From NCBI GenBank assembly GCA_019187085.1, contig JABARS010000037.1, positions 1,334 to 65,333 on the forward strand: a DNA stretch of 64,000 nt, written 5' to 3'. The position numbers and the translations under genes are program-made. Each line of letters starts with the position of its first letter. The stretch's first letter is position 1. Positions 59,157 through 64,000 of the stretch are shown here, one piece after another. The DNA comes from Pseudorhodoplanes sp. (GTDB taxonomy: Bacteria; Pseudomonadota; Alphaproteobacteria; Rhizobiales; Xanthobacteraceae). Under the pieces are notes generated by a model, which was not told the origin of the DNA, ran no database searches, and worked only from the letters and a program-made list of their open reading frames with translations.

Positions 59157-59398
59157 GTAATAGACGGAAAGTCTGAACCAAACGCTAAATCTTGTGGTCC
59201 CGTGGCCTAGTTTGGGGACGATCCGGCGTCCGGCGGGGCGAGTATCGGCCCGCTTTCCGGGATTCGCCAAGCCCCTTTGTCACCGCCTTGTCGCAAATCG
59301 TGCGAGCGCCCGGAATAGCGGGGATTTCGGGCAAAGACCCGCGCGGCAAGCTGCGCCCGGGCGGTAGCGAGAAACCGCGGGCGCCGCCCGGCGCCCCC

Positions 59399-59431
59399 TG
59401 ACCGGACACCGATTCTCGGTGTCCGGTCAGT
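59399..59431. other. Perfect 13-bp stem hairpin in the intergenic region, not attached to any CDS
   Basis: CTGACCGGACACC-gattctc-GGTGTCCGGTCAG. On the plus strand it is followed by TTGGTT; on the minus strand by GGGGCGCC. Confidence 0.6.
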
Positions 59432-59482
59432 TGGTTAAACGCGGCGTGCGGTCCGCTCAGTCGGCCTGCGCCGCGCGGCCAC

Positions 59483-59537
59483 AACGAAACCCCGGACCGG
59501 CGCGACCCTGTCAAGCCATAGCCCACAGGGCCGCGCC
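59483..59537 (-). terminator. Probable terminator of the dodecin gene
   Basis: Minus strand reads GGCGCGGCCCTGT-(13-nt loop)-ACAGGGTCGCGCC, starting 13 nt after the stop. GGTCCGGGGTTTCGTTGT follows. Confidence 0.55.
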
Positions 59538-59549
59538 GGTGGCGTGCGG

Positions 59550-59750
59550 TCATTCGAGGATGAACGTGACCTTCAGATTGACGCGATATTCGTCGATCTT
59601 GCCGTTCTTGATCACGCATTTCTGGTTGGAGACCCAGACGCCCTCGACATTGTTGAGCGTCTTCACGGCGCGGGCGACGCCGACCTGGATGGCGTCCTCG
59701 AAGCTTGTCTTGGAAGCGGCAATCAATTCCGTAACGCGGGCAACGGCCAT
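59550..59750 (-). CDS. Dodecin-family flavin-binding protein
   Basis: MAVARVTELIAASKTSFEDAIQVGVARAVKTLNNVEGVWVSNQKCVIKNGKIDEYRVNLKVTFILE is the typical 66-aa dodecin sequence. Confidence 0.88.
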   Translation of the reverse strand: MAVARVTELIAASKTSFEDAIQVGVARAVKTLNNVEGVWVSNQKCVIKNGKIDEYRVNLKVTFILE

Positions 59751-59861
59751 AAGCGTCTCCTTTGCGATGCAGCAAGGGGAATCTGCCGGCGACAGCCCCC
59801 GTCTGCGGACCGGCACATTCAACGCCCCGAGTCAGGCAGCCGTTTGACCGGGACCGGCCGC

Positions 59862-60749
59862 TTACAAAACGACGATGCCCGAATGCTTGGCCTTGTCGTC
59901 GGGCTCGACATGGATCGAGATCAGCGCGTCCTCGACCTCGTCCTTGATCGCCCGTTCCAGCGCATCGCAGATATCATGCGCCTGCGTGACGCTCATCGTC
60001 CCCGCCACCACGAGATGAAACTCGATGAAGGTCATGCGCCCCGCCCGGCGGGTGCGAAGATCGTGCGCCTCGATCGCGCCGTTCGCGTTCTCGGCGATGA
60101 CCGTTTGCAGCCGCGCCAGTTTTTCCGGCGGCACCGCCTCGTCGAGCAGGCCGCCGAGCGATTCCTTCACCAGTTGCCAGCCCGCCCACAGGATGTTCAG
60201 CGCCACGAGCACTGCAAGGATCGGGTCGAGTAGCCATAACCCGGTCAGGGTAGCCAGCATCAAGCCGGCAAAGACGCCAAGCGAACTCAGGACGTCGGTC
60301 AGGAGATGCTGCCCGTCGGCAACGAGCGCGGGGGATTTGTGGCGCCGGCCCTGCCGGACCAGGACCTGCCACCACAGCGCATTGATAAGGGTGGCCGCGC
60401 CATTGATGGCAAGTCCTGGCCACGGCGCGTCGATGCTGCGCGGAGTGAGGATCGCAAAATAGGCTTCGCGCAGGATGGCGATCGCCGCGATCACGATCAG
60501 GACTCCTTCGAGCACCGCGGAAATGTATTCGGCCTTGTGGTGGCCATAGGGATGGTCGGCATCGGCCGGCTGGGCGGCATAGCGGATCGCGATCAGGGCG
60601 GCGACTGCGGTTGCGATATTGACGATGCTCTCGATCGCGTCCGACAGCAGCGCGACGCTGCCGGTGACGTGATAGGCGAGATATTTCAGCGCGAGGACGA
60701 CGAAGCCGATCGCGATGCTTCCGGTTGCAAAAGTCTGAATCCGGTTCAT
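59862..60749 (-). CDS. Cation diffusion facilitator family transporter
   Basis: GSVALLSDAIESIVN...DADHPYGHHKAEY...ALVADGQHLLTDVLSS are CDF motifs. A C-terminal cytoplasmic domain is present. Confidence 0.9.
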   Translation of the reverse strand: MNRIQTFATGSIAIGFVVLALKYLAYHVTGSVALLSDAIESIVNIATAVAALIAIRYAAQPADADHPYGHHKAEYISAVLEGVLIVIAAIAILREAYFAILTPRSIDAPWPGLAINGAATLINALWWQVLVRQGRRHKSPALVADGQHLLTDVLSSLGVFAGLMLATLTGLWLLDPILAVLVALNILWAGWQLVKESLGGLLDEAVPPEKLARLQTVIAENANGAIEAHDLRTRRAGRMTFIEFHLVVAGTMSVTQAHDICDALERAIKDEVEDALISIHVEPDDKAKHSGIVVL

Positions 60750-60957
60750 GATCTGCCGGCCGCTGGGGCTGCGGCGCGTCTAGCCGCGCGGGGGTCGCGG
60801 CGCAAGCGCCATGTTTTCAATTGCCAGTCAGTCGCAGGTCGCCGCTCCGCCGCAGGCGCGGCCGCAAAAAAAGCCGCCGGGGACGGGGTTTCAGCCCCGC
60901 TGGACTTGGGGCCCGCGCGATGGCAAAAGCCACGCAGATCGCAGGATACCGCAAGCC

Positions 60958-61368
60958 ATGAAGAATTTCCTGATCCGCTTTTTCACCTGGTGGAACGGAC
61001 AGACGTTCGGCACCCAGGTCTGGACCTGGCTCTATGGCGAGTTCGTCGGCGAAGACGAGTTCGGCAACCGCTATTACCGCTCCAGGGGCGGCAAGATCGA
61101 TCCCTATCTGCGCACCGACCGCCGCTGGGTCATCTATAACGGCGATGCCGAAGCCTCGATGGTGGGCCCGGCCTGGCACGGCTGGCTGCATCACACCGTC
61201 GATACCCCGCCGACCCAGCAGGCCTACAAGGCGCGCCCCTGGCAGAAGCCGCACCGCCCGAACATGACCGGCACCGCCGGCGCCTACCGTCCGGCCGGTT
61301 CGACGCTGGCGCAGGGCCGCCGGCCGAAGGCCACCGGCGACTACAAAGCCTGGACGCCGGGCCGCTGA
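60958..61368 (+). CDS. NADH:ubiquinone oxidoreductase subunit NDUFA12-like protein
   Basis: [34 protein letters not shown]...[26 protein letters not shown] is the NDUFA12 family pattern of alphaproteobacteria. Confidence 0.85.
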   Translation: MKNFLIRFFTWWNGQTFGTQVWTWLYGEFVGEDEFGNRYYRSRGGKIDPYLRTDRRWVIYNGDAEASMVGPAWHGWLHHTVDTPPTQQAYKARPWQKPHRPNMTGTAGAYRPAGSTLAQGRRPKATGDYKAWTPGR

Positions 61369-61376
61369 GCGCGCTC

Positions 61377-61844
61377 ATGGCCGGCGGACGCCACTCCTAT
61401 CGCGCAAGCGTGGAATGGGCCGACCCGGACGGAACGGCGCGCAGCTCCACGCATTCGCGCAACCACGTCATCCGCATTGCCGGCAAGCCGGATCTTGCGG
61501 CCTCGGCCGATCCGGGCTTTCGCGGCGATCCGGCGCTGCACAACCCGGAAGACCTTCTGGTCGCCTCGCTCGCCTCCTGCCACATGCTCTGGTATCTCGG
61601 CCTGTGCGCGCGCGCCGGCATCGCAGTGACGTATTACAGCGACGAGGCCGAAGGCACGATGATCGAGGATGCCGCCAAGGGCGGGCGCTTCGAGCGCGTC
61701 ACGCTGCGCCCGCGCGTGACCATCAAGGCCGGCGATCCAGACAAGGCGCGCGCGCTGCACCGCGAGGCGCACCGGCAATGCTTCATCGCCAATTCGGTGA
61801 ATTTCCCGGTCGATTGCGAGCCCTCGGTCACGTCGGCCGGATAG
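61377..61844 (+). CDS. OsmC/Ohr-family protein
   Basis: NPEDLLVASLASCHMLWYL...AHRQCFIANSV carries the two conserved Cys of the OsmC fold. Confidence 0.8.
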   Translation: MAGGRHSYRASVEWADPDGTARSSTHSRNHVIRIAGKPDLAASADPGFRGDPALHNPEDLLVASLASCHMLWYLGLCARAGIAVTYYSDEAEGTMIEDAAKGGRFERVTLRPRVTIKAGDPDKARALHREAHRQCFIANSVNFPVDCEPSVTSAG

Positions 61845-61909
61845 GCCGCCGCCCGGACCGCGCGGGAACGCGGCGCCGAGCCGGCAAGGACGCTCCATAA
61901 GGACGATCG

Positions 61910-63115
61910 ATGGCGACGGACGCCGCACGCTCCTCCCGTCTTCAGGGCATTCCGCGCGGCGTCTGGGCGCTCGGCTTCGTCAGCCTGTTCATGGACATTT
62001 CCTCGGAGATGATCCACGCGCTGCTGCCGGTCTATCTCGTCACCGTGCTCGGCGCCTCGATGGTCGCGGTCGGTTTCATCGAAGGCATCGCGGAGGCGAC
62101 CGCGATGATCGTGAAGGTTTTTTCCGGTGCGCTCAGCGACTGGATGGGCAAACGCAAATGGCTGGCGGCATTCGGTTACGGGCTTGCCGCGGTCACCAAA
62201 CCGATTTTTCCGCTGGCGACCGGGCTCGGCTGGATCGTCACCGCGCGGTTCGTAGACCGCATCGGCAAGGGCATTCGCGGGGCGCCGCGCGATGCGCTGA
62301 TTGCCGACCTCACACCGGCGCCGGTGCGCGGTGCGGCCTTCGGCCTGCGGCAGTCGCTCGACACCATCGGCGCATTTGTGGGCCCGCTCGCCGCGATCGC
62401 GCTGATGGCGCTCACTGTCGACAATTTCAGGCTGGTGTTCTGGATCGCCGTCATTCCGGCCTTCATTTCGTTTGCATTGATCGTGTTCGCCGTGGAGGAG
62501 TCCGCCCGCCACGAAGCGGTGGCAAACGGAACGCGGCTGCGCTTGTCGGACGCGAAGCGCCTGTCGCTCGCCTTCTGGCTGGTGGTCGGCTTCGGAAGCG
62601 TCCTGACGCTGGCGCGCTTCAGCGAGGCGTTCCTGATTTTGCGCGCGCAGAATCTCGGCATGCCGGTGGTGTGGGTGCCGGCGGTGCTCGTGGTGATGAA
62701 CGTCGTCTATGCATTTGCGGCCTATCCGGCGGGCGCGATCTCCGACCGCGTCGGCCGCACCGGCGTGCTGATGATCGGCATTGCGACTTTGATCTTTGCC
62801 GATCTCGTGCTGGCGGTCGCGGGCAGTGTGGCGGTGGTGATGGCGGGCGTCGCCCTGTGGGGGCTGCATATGGGGCTGACGCAGGGGCTGCTGGCGACGC
62901 TCGTCGCCGACACCGCGCCCGCCGATCTGCGCGGCTCCGCCTTCGGCATATTCAATTGCGTGAGCGGGCTCGCGCTTCTCCTGGCGAGCGTCATGGCCGG
63001 CCTGTTGTGGGACTGGTCGGGGCCGGCCGCGACCTTCATGGCGGGCGCGGCCATCAGCGCTTTCGCGCTCGCGGGCCTTGCCGTCCTCTCGCACCGGATC
63101 GCGCGGCCGGTCTGA
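61910..63115 (+). CDS. MFS transporter
   Basis: Twelve-TM-type sequence with the MFS loop motif GALSDWMGKRK and a second-half DRVGRTG. Confidence 0.85.
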   Translation: MATDAARSSRLQGIPRGVWALGFVSLFMDISSEMIHALLPVYLVTVLGASMVAVGFIEGIAEATAMIVKVFSGALSDWMGKRKWLAAFGYGLAAVTKPIFPLATGLGWIVTARFVDRIGKGIRGAPRDALIADLTPAPVRGAAFGLRQSLDTIGAFVGPLAAIALMALTVDNFRLVFWIAVIPAFISFALIVFAVEESARHEAVANGTRLRLSDAKRLSLAFWLVVGFGSVLTLARFSEAFLILRAQNLGMPVVWVPAVLVVMNVVYAFAAYPAGAISDRVGRTGVLMIGIATLIFADLVLAVAGSVAVVMAGVALWGLHMGLTQGLLATLVADTAPADLRGSAFGIFNCVSGLALLLASVMAGLLWDWSGPAATFMAGAAISAFALAGLAVLSHRIARPV

Positions 63116-63126
63116 GCGCGGACGCG

Positions 63127-64000
63127 CTATTTGCTCTTGCCGGCGGTGGTCGCGCCGGATTTCGCCGTGCGCTTTGCCTCTTCCGCATCGCGGACGGTCT
63201 TTGCCGCGTCGAACAGGGCGTTGAGGACCTCCAGCGTCGAATTGGTCTTGACCGCTTCCGAGCTGACGCTGACGCCGCAGGCCGATTGCGCCGACACCTT
63301 GCCCTTGGCCGGCAAGGCGATGGTTTCGATGAAATTGGGATCGGCGATCCGGACCGTCGCGGTGTGCCGCTTTCCCGGCGGGTAGTCGAAGGTCAGCAGC
63401 GCGTCGCGGCAGGCCGAGTAGATGTAGACGCTGCGTGTCGTCGAAAAATCGAATCCGGATCGGGGCGTCGCCGAGGGTTCGACCGGACCGTATTTGATGC
63501 CGTAGCGGACGATGCCGTTGAACCGGCCGTTCTCGAACTCCTGCGCGCCACCCGTGTCTTCGGGCAGGAGATGCACGCGACTGACGTCGATAATGGCGGG
63601 AAAGGGCTCAGCGACTCGCGCTGTCTTGGTTTCCTTCCCCTTTCCGGGAGCGACCGATGTTGACCAGAGAGCGGGTATCGCCAGAAATTTCGTCGCGAAC
63701 GCGGCCACCTGCTGGATCGTCGCGACGCGCTGGTCTTCGACCTCCACGCCGAGTGAGGAAATCAGCAGATTGTTTTCGCGCGGCGTCATCTGCAGCCGCG
63801 TGTTCACGCCCCACTGGTCGGCGGCGCGGATCGCGTAGAGCCGCCCCGACGGATCCTCGGCCGGGATCGACATGATGACCATCTGGCCGCCGGCCAGGGG
63901 GACGCCCTTGTCGTCGCGTTTGAAGTCGATGGCGATGATTGAGCTTTGCAGCTTGAACTTCGGCAGCCCCTGCGTGTCGGGCTTGATGACTTCTTCGTAC
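63127..64000 (-). CDS. Protein of unknown function, C-terminal ~290 aa; the 5' end lies outside the window
   Basis: The reading frame stays open from 63882 to the window edge (...YEEVIKPDTQGLPKFKLQSSIIAIDFKRDDKGVPLAGGQMVIMSIPAEDPSGRLY...). Lys/Ala-rich C-terminal tail. I recognise no family. Confidence 0.55.
   Translation of the reverse strand, partial: YEEVIKPDTQGLPKFKLQSSIIAIDFKRDDKGVPLAGGQMVIMSIPAEDPSGRLYAIRAADQWGVNTRLQMTPRENNLLISSLGVEVEDQRVATIQQVAAFATKFLAIPALWSTSVAPGKGKETKTARVAEPFPAIIDVSRVHLLPEDTGGAQEFENGRFNGIVRYGIKYGPVEPSATPRSGFDFSTTRSVYIYSACRDALLTFDYPPGKRHTATVRIADPNFIETIALPAKGKVSAQSACGVSVSSEAVKTNSTLEVLNALFDAAKTVRDAEEAKRTAKSGATTAGKSK

Noticed and set aside
59161-59180. GGAAAGTC string reminiscent of the RNase P RNA P4 region.
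   Set aside because: It is not followed by CGGGC, and none of the other universally conserved RNase P elements is nearby.
59182-59197. Possible NrdR box. Minus strand CCACAAGATTTAGCGT matches 12 of 16 positions of the acaCwAtATaTwGtgt consensus.
   Set aside because: It is a single imperfect site with no second box at the usual ~31-32-bp spacing. It lies upstream of, rather than overlapping, the candidate promoter.
59040-59290. Cobalamin-riboswitch-like strings on the minus strand upstream of nrdJ. These are GGTGACAAAGGGGCTTGGCGAATCCCGG…, GGGAAGTGTTCGGCG…, and CGCCAGGAAAAGGC resembling a B12 box.
   Set aside because: The invariant core (GCCACTG following a C-rich strand) and a proper B12 box (AGYCMGGAGACCKGCC) are absent. 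One of the look-alikes lies upstream of the candidate promoter. A B12-dependent enzyme is also not an expected target of B12-mediated repression. A covariance-model scan would settle it.
1-64000. Search for rRNA, tRNA, tmRNA, integrase, transposase, phage or conjugation genes, and known multi-gene defence systems.
   Set aside because: I found no cloverleaf-like sequences, rRNA signatures, or recombinase, RT, nuclease or helicase-type ORFs. The only accessory modules I can support are the two TA-like pairs, the GNAT/orphan membrane genes and the EamA gene. tRNAscan, Infernal and a defence-finder HMM run would be the decisive checks.

Overview
This is a high-G+C, gene-dense chromosomal segment with about 70 supportable CDS. 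The gene content suggests an alphaproteobacterium of the Hyphomicrobiales/Rhizobiales type: the rsmA-pdxA-surA-lptD / lptG-lptF / pepA-holC block, purMN next to a CDP-alcohol transferase, then perM-hdaA-ppk-ppx, a two-domain MaeB, a ~1250-aa class II NrdJ, and small DUF3551 and DUF1127 proteins.

Most of the window is core housekeeping: envelope/LPS assembly, nucleotide metabolism, polyphosphate, aspS, rnd, ndk and cspA. Many neighbouring genes overlap by 4 nt (ATGA): yicC/gmk, pdxA/rsmA, lptF/lptG, pepA/holC, arsR/pirin and antitoxin/parE.

I saw no rRNA, tRNA, CRISPR array, transposase or integrase. The many long ORFs antisense to real genes are ordinary high-G+C shadow ORFs.

Non-core material sits in a few patches where G+C drops visibly:
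- An EamA transporter gene (20.9-21.8 kb).
- An orphan 5-TM protein plus a GNAT gene downstream of maeB (38.8-40.7 kb).
- A REP-rich stretch (51.2-55.1 kb). It holds four small unknown proteins, tandemly amplified half-REP arrays, a parE-type toxin-antitoxin pair with leaderless-promoter geometry, and a convergent DUF4160/DUF2442 pair in which DUF4160 carries a 1-nt frameshift.

The roughly 740-bp non-coding stretch between nrdJ and the dodecin gene holds a long structured nrdJ leader and an orphan strong hairpin.

I cannot show a clear, previously undescribed multi-gene system from sequence alone. The best leads are the orphan membrane protein at 38.8-40.0 kb, the half-REP arrays with the small-protein cluster and TA islet at 51-55 kb, and the hydroxylase/ThDP-enzyme pair at 31.3-33.8 kb.
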